A stretch of DNA of 62,730 nt, filler included, from Bonamia ostreae (Eukaryota), in NCBI GenBank assembly GCA_040357525.1. It is 17 parts of 17 records of this genome, joined end to end, with 100 filler letters (N's around TTAATTAATTAA, not from the genome) between each part and the next. Parts side by side here need not be neighbours in the genome. Positions count along the whole stretch, not along the records: positions 11,219 to 14,851 come from JBDODL010000463.1; positions 14,952 to 18,561 come from JBDODL010000464.1; positions 18,662 to 22,270 come from JBDODL010000465.1; positions 22,371 to 25,975 come from JBDODL010000466.1; 13 more parts are not named here. One strand, 5' to 3'. This document shows positions 11,346 to 26,075 of this stretch, one piece after another. The translations under genes and the position numbers were made by a program. The notes beneath the pieces are model-generated. The model worked only from the letters and a program-made list of their open reading frames with translations. It ran no database searches and was not told the DNA's origin. Numbering within the stretch: position 1 is the first letter of the stretch; every line of letters starts with the position of its first letter.

Positions 11346-12035
11346 TCAAAGACAGTTTTCATACATTAGACCAAAATCTGTCTCAGCCATGGCGAAATCG
11401 TCTTCTTTTCTTTCTACAAAAATATTCTCTGAATGTTTTAATTCGCTTTCAAAGATTTCCCAGTCTTCTTCAAAATCTTTAAAAATTTGTACAAACACAA
11501 AAATTGTTTTAACCAAATTTTCTTCAAAAATTTTGCAATAAAATTTTTATATCAACCGCTGTTTGATAAAGAAGAAACGAAGTTTTCAGAATTTTTGTTT
11601 TTGACTAATTATTTAATTTTACGAAACCGTAATTTGATAAAGGAGAAGCCAAATTTTCCGAATTAATATTTTTGGCCAAATATTTTATTTTTTTTATTGC
11701 TGGTTTTTTATTTTTTAATTTGCAGCAGAGCTTTTTTCTAATTTGACGAACGAAAACTAATTTTTGTTTAATTTACAAAAATAATAAATTTTTGCAAAAA
11801 TCAAAGTTAACCGTTTCTTTTAAATTCAAAATCTTTGCTAAACAATTGCGATTCGCAAACGATTTTAGTTTTCTTGATAAACCGATCAGATTTTTCTCTT
11901 TTGTGATTTAGATGTAAACGCGGATACTGTTTCAAAGGTAGTTTATAAACTGTTTTCGAATTTTTTTGGCGTCCAAAAATTCTAAAAATTAATTTTAAAC
12001 CCTTTTTGTTCTCTCAAATATCTAACTTTATTCAT
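11346..12035 (-). CDS. Hypothetical multi-exon protein
   Basis: MNKVRYLREQKG, a short intron, an open exon and an acidic last exon DFEEDWEIFESE. No family recognised. Confidence 0.35.
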
Positions 12036-12324
12036 TTTTAAAGCCAATTTCAAATATTTTTGATTCTAGTAATTTTTTAATAATGTCGTAACGATGAAAT
12101 TTAAAATTAATGTCGCAAAAATTTAAAATAGATTTCAATTCAAAAACTAAAATTAATTCTGAATAAATTTAGCCAATTCGATGAAAAACTTAAAAATTGA
12201 ATGATAAAATCTAAAAACTTTACAAAACAAAATAAAATTTAGTTTAGCAAAATTTAGCCAATCAGATATATACCTTTTCCTTAAATTGCACAACAAATCG
12301 AATTAGTAAAGCTTATTATTTAAG

Positions 12325-13658
12325 ATGAAAAACGATGAAGTTTTGGAAAATGGTCATGCATCGCCAAACGAGTTTTCGAAAGAAGAGAAACTTGCGTCAT
12401 TTCTGGTCTCTTGCTATCAATCGGAAAACTTGTGCCATTCACCAATCGTCTCTTTCCAAGCAGTTTTGAGCCCAAACACAACGATGGACAATTTTCTTAA
12501 TGAAATCGAGTCTCAAATGTTGGTCAAGTTTGCTACAATGAAGAATTCTTCTATTATCAGCTTGTTTACAGACGAAATATTTATTGTTTGCGACTTAAAT
12601 TCTGTCAAAATAAAACAAATTTTTCGTATCGACGAAAACAACAAAATTAAAGCTCTTTTGCGTAAAAATAATGATATAAAATCGAATATAGAAACAACAA
12701 AAATAGCCGATAAAGATGAGATTTTAGACAAAATTTTAAGTCGACTTAATTCTGAAAATTACAGAGAATTGCCGTCAGCTCCAAAATGCAAGAAACTGGG
12801 ATTATCTGCTCACATTAGAAGCATCGGAGGGCATCTTGCAACAAAAAGAAAAGTTAACGCTTTTTATGAACGAACAAAAAGAGATAAAAAGGACAAAAGA
12901 AGTTCTTCAAAAAGTTCTTCAAAAAGTTCTTCGAAAGTTCTCAAAAAAGAAATTGCGAAAGAAAAGTCGGCAGAAAAAGGAAAGAGATCCAAAAAAACGT
13001 CGAAGAAAAAAGCAAATACGCACAAAGAAGAACCGGAAAAATCGAACGATAACAAATTGGACGATTCCGAAACCAAAACTTCCAAAAAATCGGACATTTT
13101 AAAGCCGAAAATATCGAACAAAAAATCGAACAACAAAACGAAAAAGTCTAAAAAAAGGAAAAAAAAGTTTTTGTCGAATTCCAAAAAAGATTTGAAATCG
13201 CCAAAATTAGCCGAATTGAGTTCAAGTGGTTCTTCTAGCGAATCGGTTAACGAAGTAAAAATGTCCACAGTCGATTTTAAAAACATTGCTCCGGAATTGA
13301 AGAAGAAAATTTTAAAAGAAAATGGCTCGAAAAGAGAAAAGAAATTTGATTCTCAACTTAGTTTGCCGCAAAAAGTAACCATTTTTTCTAACAGTTTTGC
13401 ATATAAAGAACACAATCGAAGCTTTAAAATCAAATAAAGGAAATCGAGAAGAGAATGAGAGCAGTTCGGAATCGGAGGATGTTAGTTCTTCGAGCAAAAA
13501 CTCAAAAAAAAGTTTTTTGTCCAAATTAATCTCAAAAAATGAAAATAGATAAAAAGAAAACTGAAAGTTTTATGGGGGAAGATCTAGATGACGATAGTAC
13601 TAGTTCTAGTAGTTCTTCTGACGAAATGTCAATAAAGAAAAAAGTACAAGATAAGTAA
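12325..13658 (+). CDS. Hypothetical protein with a globular N-terminus and Lys/Ser-rich low-complexity tail (3' end uncertain)
   Basis: 370-aa ORF plus downstream Ser/acidic exons. Confidence 0.6.
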
Positions 13659-14126
13659 ATATTATCTTCATTTTTATTTGAAAATAGTTCTAAAAATTTT
13701 GTTAGAAACCGAATTATCGTCAAAATTTTTCGGTCAGTAAAGACTTAATTCGCTCAATTTTGTTTTAAAACGACATAGAAAACAAAGTGTTGAATTGTGA
13801 ATAAAAACGAAGATTTGTTATCTAAAACAACATTTTTAATTAACTGATTTTGCGTTCTTCCTGATTTGGAATGGACGGGCAGAGACGATCGAGAAAATCA
13901 TTTTTGACTCAAAAAAATTCAAAAATCCCATAATTTTAACATACAATATTTAGCAGTATAAATAACGTTAATATGCTAATTTAAATAATCTTAAAGGGCG
14001 TTATTATGTGGTACTGACCTAAAATTGGCTTTACTTTCGTTCCGCGTCCGAAATTTTATAATTTTGCTTCAGAAATCAGATTTTTAGCACTTTGGAGATT
14101 TTATTCCGCTAATCATTTTTAAATCA

Positions 14127-14184
14127 ATAAAGATTTAATTAAATCTATCAATTTTTTGTGCACATTGACGCTTCGTTTTCGAAG
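14127..14184. repeat. Partial copy of the palindromic element at 29781-29891
   Basis: taaagatttaattaaatct followed by gacgcttcgttttcgaag, an exact 18-nt reverse-complement match to 29852-29869. Confidence 0.65.
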
Positions 14185-14288
14185 ATATTTTTGTATTTTA
14201 ACCATTATTAGATAAGATTTATCGGAAGTTGTTGTTTTTTGTTTACCATTTATATTAATAAAAATTATTTTTTCATTTGTGTTTTAGC

Positions 14289-14723
14289 ATGTACAAAAAA
14301 CTTAATAATTCGAATATTAAAAAAATGCACTTTCCGCAAACTAATTTTTTCGCAAAAAGATTATTTTCAGTTCTCTCCAAAGAACAAAATCGAATCGAAA
14401 AAATGTTTTTGGATAAAAAAACTTTTTTCTTGTTTTTCAAAGCGAGTTGGTGCAAAAACTGCAAAAAAGTTTTTCCGGTTTTGGAAAATTTTTCCCAAAA
14501 AAAGAACATTTCTCTTATTTTGGCAGATATCGATGATTTTCCCGATTTGGCATTCAAAAAAGGGGTTGCTAGTGTTCCGGTTTATTATTAAAAAATTCAA
14601 AAATTACAATTTTATATTTAGACATTGATGTACATAAAAAACGGAAAAGAGACATTTACTTATTGTGGATCTTTGCCTGTTGTGCTGGAGCAAAAGTTAT
14701 CGAAGATAATTGCAAACGATTAA
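14289..14723 (+). CDS. Thioredoxin with N-terminal extension (probably mitochondrial)
   Basis: FKASWCKNCKKVFP...DIDDFPDLA...VASVP|TLMYIKNG; intron 14580-14621. Confidence 0.88.
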
Positions 14724-15250
14724 ATTTTGACTGATTTGTATTAAAAAATTGATATCTATCGAACTATTTGATTTATAAAATTTTATGTACATTATTGATT
14801 AAACAATTTGCTTTGCCATTTTTTCTTCAGAATCGCAGTTCAAAGTTAATANNNNNNNNNNNNNNNNNNNNNNNNNNNNNNNNNNNNNNNNNNNNTTAAT
14901 TAATTAANNNNNNNNNNNNNNNNNNNNNNNNNNNNNNNNNNNNNNNNNNNNGACAACTCAAACATAACAAGAAATTTTTGTCCAATGGCAATTTTGAATT
15001 GAAAAGGAAAAAATCCTTTTTTATGCTAATTGAAGGTTTTGCACATATTTTTGCTTCATTTCCACTCAACTCGATCGTTGCATTTATTTGATTTAAACAG
15101 TTTCAAATGCTTTTGAAATTTTAAATTTCAAAAAATGAAATTGTTTTTTAAGCTTGAACAAAAATTAAACTTATAACATATAACTAAAATATTAGAGCTC
15201 AACGAATTTCTGTATTATAAAGAAAAATTTAAAAAAATTTTAGCCAAAAA

Positions 15251-16941
15251 ATGGCCAAAAAAATCAAAATAAACAAAGAATACGAGAAAAAGTTCAACGA
15301 AAAGAGGCAGAAAAATGAAATTAGTCACAGTAAATTTTTTTTTAATTCGTAAAATCAAAGAAAACTCTATTTTGCAGCAATCCAAATACGACTCTGAAAC
15401 ATCCGAAAGCGAAGACGAAAACGCCAAATTGCTAACACCCGAATTGGACTCGAAACTCAACAAGCTTATCAAAATGATTAGAAAAGATCACCCCAAATTA
15501 AAGTCCATCGAGAATTCATATTTTGCACACGAAAAAAGAGAAAATCACAACGACGACAAACAGAAAATCAGCAGAGAAAGAACAAAAAACCAATTCGAAA
15601 AAAAGCAGTCCGTAAGTCAACTAATTGCAATCCAACTCGACCGGGATTCGCAGGCGCCCGATCAAAAATCTGCTTCGATTTCGTCTCAAAAGCTAAAAGA
15701 AAAATCAGTTAAAAAGTTCTTGAAAGCGGCGAAAAAGGAGTTTAAGAGCGATTCCGAAGAAAGCGGCGATTTTTTCACCGAAGCGAAAAATCACTCGAAA
15801 GAAACCGACTTTTTAGACGGTTTTTTCGAAAGCCGATTTTGGAGCAGAAACAGTGATGCGGAAGACATCCCGAAATTTAAGTCGCTGGGAAACGTTTTAC
15901 AAATGTTTTACAAATAGGAAAGCCAACCTGACGTTTCTGACGACGAGGACGAACTCGATCGCCAAGACGAATTCGAGAAAAGCTATAATTTCCGGTTTGA
16001 AGAACCTGGCGGAACGAGCGTTTTGTCTAACAATATTAGTTGAAAACGTTTTCGAGAAACCAAGTCGATTCGGTGCGAAACAAGGAATCGCGCAGAAAAG
16101 CGCAGAGGAAATCAAGGCGCGAACGCAAAGAGCGCGAACTGTTAAATTTTAAATTTTGCAAGAAACGTTCGGCGCAAAGAGGTGGAACGCCTCAAAAAAA
16201 TTCGCGACGATCAAATCAAAGAGCGTCTGGAACAAATAAAGGAAATAGCGGGTGTCGACCAAATCGATTTCACTCCATCTGATTTAGAAGAAGCTTATGA
16301 TGGCAATAAATTCGAACAAAAGATGTCGGACATATTTAATAAAGCTTTTAGTAATATATCAGAGGTTGCAAAAAATGATCAAGAAAATGGTAATTTTTAT
16401 TTAAACCTTTAATCCATATTTTTGTCTCCAAATTTTATAAATGCAAAAGTTTTAACCTTAATATAAGAAAAAAGGATCGAAGAAAAATTGAAAGAAATCG
16501 AATCAAAATTGAATTCGAAAAACAAATTGGATTTCGAGGACATTGTTTGAAGCTGTTAAATTTAATAATTAGATCAGCGGTGGCTTAAAAACAAGATTTA
16601 AATATGTAAATGTGCGCCCTAAAAATTACGGATTAAGCACTGAACAGATTCTAAATTCTGACGACAAAAAGCTTACTGAAAACATCTCCATTAAATTCAT
16701 GGCACCGTTTTAATAACTTTGAAAAATTTATTCGCTAAATTTATTTGCAAAATTCGGAAACAAAAATTTTCGAAAATAAAGTTACAGAAATGACATCGAA
16801 GGCGAAAAATGGTCGCAATGGAAACACAAAAGAAATAAAGACGACAACGACAACAAGTTTGCTCGAACTGAAAGTTTTTTTGTAACTTTAGAAATCCTTC
16901 GGAGAGAAAACAAAACGAAGAAAAGTAAATTTCAAACTTAA
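15251..16941 (+). CDS. KRI1: KRI1 homolog (40S ribosome biogenesis), multi-exon
   Basis: KINKEYEKKFNEKR, EFEKSYNFRFEEPG, LDFEDI|ISGGLKTRFKYVNV...YGLSTEQILNSDDKKL...MAP|YR. Confidence 0.93.
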
Positions 16942-17847
16942 GTTTTGCAAAGATCATTAAAAGCAGTTAAGATGATCAAAATGGCTTCTTCCGTTCTGAT
17001 CGTTCTGCTTCCTTGGGCTATCCCTGCGTTGACATAATGGTCGAACATATTTTGCACTGCTCTAATTTTTTTCCGTTTTGCGTTCAAGCAATTTTCAAGT
17101 CCTTTCGGACCCCCCAAAACTATCAAAGCGTGTTTTTTCCTTTTGATTCTTAAAAATGAAACTCTGTCAACTTTGTCGATTCGTTGATTCGTCTTATGTC
17201 TTTGCCCCTTTCAGAAGTCCCAATTGTTAAATCGTAGCCGTTTTTGAATGGCGTGTTTTTGAAGACTCCGTTTAGGCCGTTTGCCAGCCGCACAGAGTAC
17301 CCGGAATAAGCGGTTTTCTTTTGAAGGCGTTTTCTGGAGACGATTTTGCCAGCCCTTTTGTTCTTTTTGAGACGAACGGACACTCTCTCGTTGATTTTGT
17401 ATTCGCCTTCGACTGAAACCAGTTCTTCGTAGCCGACGTTCACTTTGCTGTTTTCCCCGTTGTTTTCGGTTATCACGCCTTCTCTGTATTTGCAGAAAGA
17501 GTGTTTGAGGGGGTGGTGCAGCGATTCCAGAGGTTTTATTACTGCGACGTGTTTGTAATCGTCGCTCATAGGGAATAGGGCTTTTCGGAGATATGGCGGA
17601 GTTTCTAAAAAGCAAAGCAGTTTGTACAATATGAGGTTCGGGTCTTTTGACTTCGTACTCGGGTTGGGGATCTTGCACCCATTTTCGGAGAATATGACGA
17701 TCTTTATATGCAAACATTTGAAGCTTAAACTTCGTCAATTTTGAAAATGGTCAGAGCTCTGCCTATTTGTCCAGCTAAATAGGCTTTCAGCATCGGCGTC
17801 TGAGCTTTGTCGAGAATGCACCCGGGCAACGCTACCGACAACGACAT
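16938..17847 (-). CDS. SPOUT1: SPOUT-family RNA methyltransferase (C9orf114/CENP-32)
   Basis: MSLSVALPGCILDKAQT...YLAGQIGRALTIFKIDE|IVIF, LETPPYLRKALFP, YREG, YDLTIGTSERG and QGSRTIRTEEAI. Confidence 0.93.
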
Positions 17848-17918
17848 TTTCTGCAATTAATTTTTGGAAAAGTTCAAACTTTATCTTTGGGCATTCCTAT
17901 AATCACTGCGGATCGAAA

Positions 17919-18561
17919 ATGGCAGAAGAAAAGCTGTGTTCTTGTCACAAAAACAGCATTCGCTTAATGTTGAAGCGCCCAAATTCGTCCGCCATTTTGT
18001 CTATCGACTCTGCCGGACTTATTCATTACACTGAAAATGGAGTGTGCAGAACTAATTCGGACGACATCACAGCAACTGAAACATCAATTGCTCCCAATCC
18101 GATAACGGCCGCTTCTTTTTCCCCGACGGTTGGTTTTCAACATTACAAAGGGAACCCGTTTCGTAGCGGGTGGACTTGCCAAATCTATTTTTTTGCACAA
18201 CACGAAGGATCTTAAAAGAGTCAAAACGGTTTTTGTCACTAACCAACCAATAAACCACCTCGATTTTTCTAAATGTGGTCTCTATGTTTCTGTCTGCAAC
18301 AAGTTAAAACAATTTACTCAATAGCGAAAACAATGTAAAAATAATCGATATGCGCGAAAACGAAAAAGTACTAGTTCTACAAGGACACAAAGCCCCAGTA
18401 TTGACAGCGAACTTTGGAAAAAGAAAGAATTCGGCGACAGAAATATTGGCTTCTATAAGCGTCGACCGATCCTTAAAAGTATGGTCATTTGATTCGATAA
18501 ATTTTGGAGAAAAATTTGAATGCATCGCGTCTTTGGATAAAATTTTTAGTTCGTCATTACT
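17919..18561 (+). CDS. WD40-repeat protein, possibly WDHD1/Ctf4-like (truncated)
   Basis: PINHLDFSKCG and LQGHKAPVLTANF...LASISVDRSLKVWS; short introns. Confidence 0.75.
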
Positions 18562-18661
18562 NNNNNNNNNNNNNNNNNNNNNNNNNNNNNNNNNNNNNNN
18601 NNNNNTTAATTAATTAANNNNNNNNNNNNNNNNNNNNNNNNNNNNNNNNNNNNNNNNNNNN

Positions 18662-19543
18662 TATTGGATGCTATTTTTTACATTTTTTTGTTCATTGATG
18701 ACGATCTGTCTTCGATCTTCCCAACCATTCGATCTGTCTATTCCGTCCCATCTATATCCCGGCGCTATATTGTAGCGATTCGGAAAGCGGTATCTGCAAA
18801 TCGGACGATCTGTTTTTCCCGTTTTTATCTTTTTCCGAATTTTGTTTTTGCTCATTGGATCGCCCCATCTTCTTTTGTTCCGCAAAAACAGATTGAGTTC
18901 TTCGTCTTCTATCGTTCTGGAAAAAGGCTTTTCAGCCATTTTTTTGAGTTCTTCTTTGTCCGTTTTCTCTTTTTGGTGCTGGACATATCCCTTCCCCCAA
19001 ACCATTCCAGCGAGGTCTGGATCATCCTCTTTCAGTAAACGAGACATGTTCGATTTTTTGTAGCGAGGCCGTTCTTTCTTTTCCGGCAGTTTTGGTTTTT
19101 GGGCGTCGAAGTCTAGTTCGCTTTCTTCGTCAGATGAGACATCGGTCTTGTTTTTGGGACCGTCAAAAATCTCGGATTTGGAATTGCTGTCGACGTCTGA
19201 GTTTTCCGAGACATCTGAGTCGTGGCGCTTAGCCACTTTTTCGATTTTCGGAGAATTTTTTGCTGTTTGTCGGAAAGTCGAATCGTCTTTTTCCGCCTTA
19301 ATGTTGACCCAGCCCGATCCATCGTTCATTGGAATAAATGTGATTTGGCGATCTTTGGGGTTTGCTGTGTTGTCAGTGGTGATTTTTGTGGCCGAAGGAT
19401 CTGTTTTTGTTTCGTGCTAAATTTGCAATTTTGGGAAAACAAACGTTCGGAATCTCGTCCAAATCGGCTACGATATTTTCCCCTTTGCGGCGGTGTTTCT
19501 TTTTGGACGAATAACGTTTTAAGATTTTCGGGGCAATCGGCAT
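18662..19543 (-). CDS. BUD13: BUD13/CWC26 RES-complex splicing factor (3' truncated)
   Basis: WGKGYVQ, RWGDPM and PNRYNIAPGYRWDGIDRSNGWE. Confidence 0.93.
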
Positions 19544-19639
19544 TTTTAAAGCTCGCAATATAAAAAGTTTAACGATTAAAATTATATTGATCAAATTTGT
19601 TTTGTCGGCGTTTTATGTTGATAAAATTTAATAATGAAT

Positions 19640-19933
19640 TTATTGCGGGCTTTCAAATACAGCTTTTTCGTAATGTCGGTCTAAATCGCTAAATGATATT
19701 TGGTCTTTTTGGTGCACATCCATTACTTGCCGTTCAAATAGTTTCTGTAGAAACAAGGTCGATCCGCAAATCGCAAAAAGAGTTATCAGATTTTGCTTTA
19801 TAACCAATTTGTCAATGTTTTCAAGTCTTTTTTGAATTTCGACTTTGTTTTTAATGTACTGAAAATAGTGTTTGTGTCGTCTGTTTTTAGCGAACAAAGC
19901 GTTCATTACGAAAACTTTTCTGGTTTTAAACAT
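19640..19933 (-). CDS. Small hypothetical single-pass membrane protein
   Basis: Basic N-terminus and one hydrophobic segment (LITLFAICGSTLFL). Confidence 0.4.
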   Translation of the reverse strand: MFKTRKVFVMNALFAKNRRHKHYFQYIKNKVEIQKRLENIDKLVIKQNLITLFAICGSTLFLQKLFERQVMDVHQKDQISFSDLDRHYEKAVFESPQ

Positions 19934-20626
19934 TATTTGTATATTTTTTGCTAATGGGCTAGCACAGCTCAATATTTTTTAGTTTGTTCAAATCTAAAAA
20001 ACTCAGTTTTGTGCGAAAAATTTTATAAAATTTTAGTCGAAAAAACAATTTTGTTACTTTTATTTTACAATGAAAATTATTTGTGTCTCAATGAAAATTA
20101 TTGCAAAATCAGAATTTTTTATAATTAGTTTTGCCGTTTTGTCCTTTTAATTTGATTGTCGATATTTATCTCTTCAAAAGTTTTGATAGTAGTTTCTTTT
20201 AGAACAACATTCAACCTCTTATATTCACCAGACATTTAGCGACTTTGCAAAACTTACGTAAATGAGCAACTGAAACAAAAATTAAGTAGAACCGCAAAGC
20301 CAAACGAAAAATAATTGATAAAAAAGTTACAGAAATAACTTCAATTGAATACAACAAATTATGTAAAATGAGCAAAAGAGATTATAGCGAATTTAAATTT
20401 TGTAACGCAAATACAACAAATTGTAACGCAAATTTTGGATTGAAACTTTAAATTTCCTTCTTTCTATGATTTTGCTATTATTTCTAAGAAAATCTAAAGT
20501 TATCGAATTTTTGAAAATCTAAAGTTATTAGATCCTCGTTCAATTTAATGTTCAATATGAACAAACCAAATAACAAACCTGTAAACAATTTTCATACTAA
20601 ATAATATATTGAAAGATTTGTTTTTA

Positions 20627-21954
20627 ATGGAAAACATCGAGCGATATTTACAAAGCACTCCTGAAATTTTAATTTTTTATGTAGCAATTCTTGTTTATAT
20701 TTTGATCTTGTTATCGACATGCGCATACTATCAATGCAAGATCGGAAATTGTGGGACCAGAAGAAAAAGGGGGGATTTTGATTTTAAAAATCTCAGAGTT
20801 CAAGTGTTAACGCTAAATTGTGAAGGGAACGCGCCACCAACTAATTTGGATGACTTTTTTTACGATCCCTTCAATTCTGATATAATTTGTGTTATGTTTC
20901 TCAATTACAATCTTTTTTTAATTGCAACTTTTGTCAACTTAAAAAGGCTTCAAGAAATGGTACCGTTGAAAAAAGCTGATACCATTAAAAGAAGTTTTAT
21001 TATAGACGATAAAACTGCTTTAAACAAATGGGACGTTGCAATGAAAAATTTTTTGGTTTATGACAAATCTGGATTTCGATTAATAGCTAGAAGATCTGAA
21101 GTGGGCAACGCGGTTCTCGTTTATGCTAACCATAAAACATCAAAACATATTTCATCTATTCAAACTCGTTCAATTAAACTCGGATATGCCAAAAATACTC
21201 TTGTTTCATTGTTACATTTTCAACATTAGGGAAATAAATCTTCAACTGCCGCTTCCTTTTATCTAGGAAACGATATTCTATGTTTTTCGAGCGCTCATTT
21301 GAATAGTCACAGATTCAAAAATGATAAGAGATACAAAGATATTCGTTTCTAAAATTGTAAATTCATTTTTGAATTAGTCCATCAATTAAGTCAAATTGAC
21401 CAAATAAAAATTTGTTATTAATCTGATTTTATCATTATTAATTTAAAGAGAGAATGTTTAAGAAGATAAAATTCAATTTCAACGGTAAAACAATGACTAT
21501 CGATAAAATGTTTTATTATCCATTCTCAAAATTCTAAAGGAACACTTTTTGCGGAGGAGACTATAATTTCCGAACACCTGTTAAAGAACATATTAACGAT
21601 GAACAATATCCCAAGTTATCAGAATTAAAGGAGCAATGTCAAGCTAATGACTTCTCTCTTGCAGTGAGTTTGGATAAAAACTATAACCAAATAACCGAAA
21701 CAATGCAAGGAAATTTTGTAGAAGCAGATATAAAATTCCCTCCAACCTTCCATCTCGATTTCAGTGACCCTCGAGAATACGTGGATATTGTTAAAAAAGG
21801 AAAACATTTAACGCCATCTTACACAGACCGAATTTTTACAAATTTAACTAGCGAAGGAATCAAAGTGTACACCTCCCCTTCATTGAGATATTCTGACCAT
21901 AATCCGGTGATTTTTGTCTATCAATTTCCAGATGAAAAGCCAAAACGAAATTGA
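20627..21954 (+). CDS. Inositol polyphosphate 5-phosphatase with N-terminal transmembrane helix
   Basis: TLNCEG, LQEMVPL, GNKSS, SAHLNSH, GDYNFR, EADIKFPPTF, PSYTDRIF and SDHNPV across several short introns. TM segment ILIFYVAILVYILILLSTCAYY. Confidence 0.9.
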
Positions 21955-22099
21955 AAATTAAAATGCCTTAAAACAATTTTTAATTATAGATTTAATCAAA
22001 GCAATCCATTTTATGTTTAATTTATTGCTTGTTGCCTCTCTCATTTTATTGACAATTTTATCGTCATTTATGAAGATTTTTGTTATTTTTATTCATTTT

Positions 22100-22270
22100 A
22101 AAATTTGTCGTTTGCAATTGATAAAATTTACAATGTAAATCAAAAAATTTGTCATTTGCAATTGAAAACAAAAAATTTGTCGTTTGCAATTGAAAACAAA
22201 AAAAATTGTCGTTTATTGACAAAATTTGCAATTGAAATAAAAAATTTGTCGTTTATTGATAAAATTTACA
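22100..22270. repeat. Degenerate AT-rich minisatellite at contig end
   Basis: Recurrent aaaatttgtcgtttgcaattga. Confidence 0.7.
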
Positions 22271-22444
22271 NNNNNNNNNNNNNNNNNNNNNNNNNNNNNN
22301 NNNNNNNNNNNNNNTTAATTAATTAANNNNNNNNNNNNNNNNNNNNNNNNNNNNNNNNNNNNNNNNNNNNTCTTTTATAGTTTAATCGGCGACGCTTCGT
22401 GTCTACTTTTGTCGACGTCGTTTTTGGATTTTATCAAATTTTGA

Positions 22445-23980
<1,536 letters not shown>

Positions 23981-24154
23981 ATTTGATGATCAGCCTTTTT
24001 ATTTTTTGTCGTAGTGCGATTTTTAATAAAAATTGGCGATTTGCGGTGATAAAATAAGCGATTTTGAATAACAAAAATCTAGTTTGTATATATTTTTGAA
24101 AATTTACAATTAAATTTTATTAAAAATGGCGAGTTTGTATATTATTATATTTAC

Positions 24155-24520
24155 AATTATTGTTCTTGACAAAATTTGAAAATAAAAATTTATTGTCGTT
24201 GTTGTTTATAAAATAAAGAAAATTTATTGTCGTTGTTGTTTATAAAATTTGAAGAAGAAAAAATAAAACATTTATTGTCGTTGTTGTTTATAAAATAAAG
24301 AAAATTTTATTGTCGTTGTTCTTGACAAAATTTGAAGAAGAAAAAATAAAACATTTATTGTCGTTGTTGTTTATAAAATAANNNNNNNNNNNNNNNNNNN
24401 NNNNNNNNNNNNNNNNNNNNNNNNNNNNNNNNNNNNNNNNNNNNNNNNNNNNNNNNNNNNNNNNNNNNNNNNNNNNNNNNNAGAAAATTTTATTGTCGTT
24501 GTTCTTGACAAAATTTGAAA
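24155..24520. repeat. Intergenic minisatellite spanning an N gap
   Basis: Repeated tttattgtcgttgttgtttataaaat with ~35-45 bp period. Confidence 0.8.
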
Positions 24521-24609
24521 ATAAAAATTTATTGTTGATTTTGACAAAATTTAAGATAAAAGAAAAATTTTTTATTGTTTCTTAACTTTGAAATCAAAAA
24601 GAGAAACAT

Positions 24610-25836
24610 TTAACCACTTTCTTCTGTTTCGGCTTCTTTCAACCAATCCACAAAAACACCGCAACTCAAACTCACTTTGTCGTCATCTTCCACATTTTCG
24701 AACCACTTTATCATCTCCTCTTCGCCCAAAATCTCCAAATCGTACAACTTTTCCAGAAACATCGGCAGTCCCTTCAGCAAATCGCTTCTTTTGTTGCGCA
24801 CCAAATCCTCCAGCGCCACCAAAAAGTTCGCCGGGTTCCGCTCATCCGCCGCCATCAACTCGCTCAAAAAGTCGCGTTGTTTTTCGATAATCGCCAGCAC
24901 AGAGCGATTGCTCTCTTTTGGAGCGCCTCCGAACATCGCCTGGATCACGCCTTGAAGAATCACCAATTTGCCCAAGATCTTTCCAGACGGAGACGCTAAT
25001 TCCATTCTGCCGACTTCGGCCATCAATTGGTCGACCGAGGCGTTTTCCGATAACATGTCTTCCAAAATCGAAGTGTTTTCTTCGTTTTCGGTCAAACTGT
25101 TTTTGTAAAATTTTGCCGGAGCGGCGTCTCTTTCGTCGTCGTTTTTGAGTCCGTCTTCGGAATCGATGTCGTCGTCCCAGTCGGAATCGTCATTTTGCTT
25201 TTGCGCGATTGTTTGTTTTTCCGGTTGCGATTGTTTGTGCGTTTCCGGTTTTCTTTTTTGGAATTTGAGAATTTGCGAATTTTAAATTTTTAAAATTTTA
25301 AAGAAACTTTCTGAGATGAGATTTTTTGTAAGACGGCGGTTTTTTGGCGATAAAAGAGGTTAGTTTGTGTAAAGGATCAACTTTTATTTTTATTCCACAC
25401 GAGGCGCATTTTTTGGCGACTTTCGCGCGCTTTTTGTCGACGAGAATGACAACTTCGGGGAGACTAAATTTTTGTTAGTCGTGTTTGAGAACAAACTGGC
25501 AACTGTCGCAGAGAATAAATTTCTCGATAAAGTTGAAAAGCGTCTTTTGCATTTTGTCGTTGTCGTAATATCCGTTCACTACGGAACGGCCAGTTTTCTT
25601 GTTGAAGCTCGAGTGCGCGCACAATTCAATGCCGAAATATTTTGTCGGATCTTTAGCAAGTTTTACGGAAATGGAGAAATTTAACAAATGGGGTCGATAT
25701 TTAGGCACTTCGAAATGTCGACAATGTTGTCAATCGCGGTTTTTATTCCGTTGCCGCGTCCCTCTTTTTTCGATTTGATGGGCGGCATTTTGTAGCGGTA
25801 GGACTCATCGTTTGATTGGCCGCCAATATTTAACAT
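24610..25836 (-). CDS. EIF5: Eukaryotic translation initiation factor 5
   Basis: SYRYKMPPIKSKKEGRGNGIKT, YPTKYFGIEL, FIEKFILCDSC..LPE, CASCG and a C-terminal W2 domain (FVDWLKEAETEES). Confidence 0.96.
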
Positions 25837-26075
25837 TGCTAAAAACTGTTATAACGAAATTTTGTAAAATGTGCAAATGAAACTTAGCAACTTCTAAAAT
25901 GCTATTTAGAAATGGTTAAAATGCTAAAATGACATATCGAAAACAAATTTAAACGTCATTTTGAAAAGTGACAAANNNNNNNNNNNNNNNNNNNNNNNNN
26001 NNNNNNNNNNNNNNNNNNNTTAATTAATTAANNNNNNNNNNNNNNNNNNNNNNNNNNNNNNNNNNNNNNNNNNNN

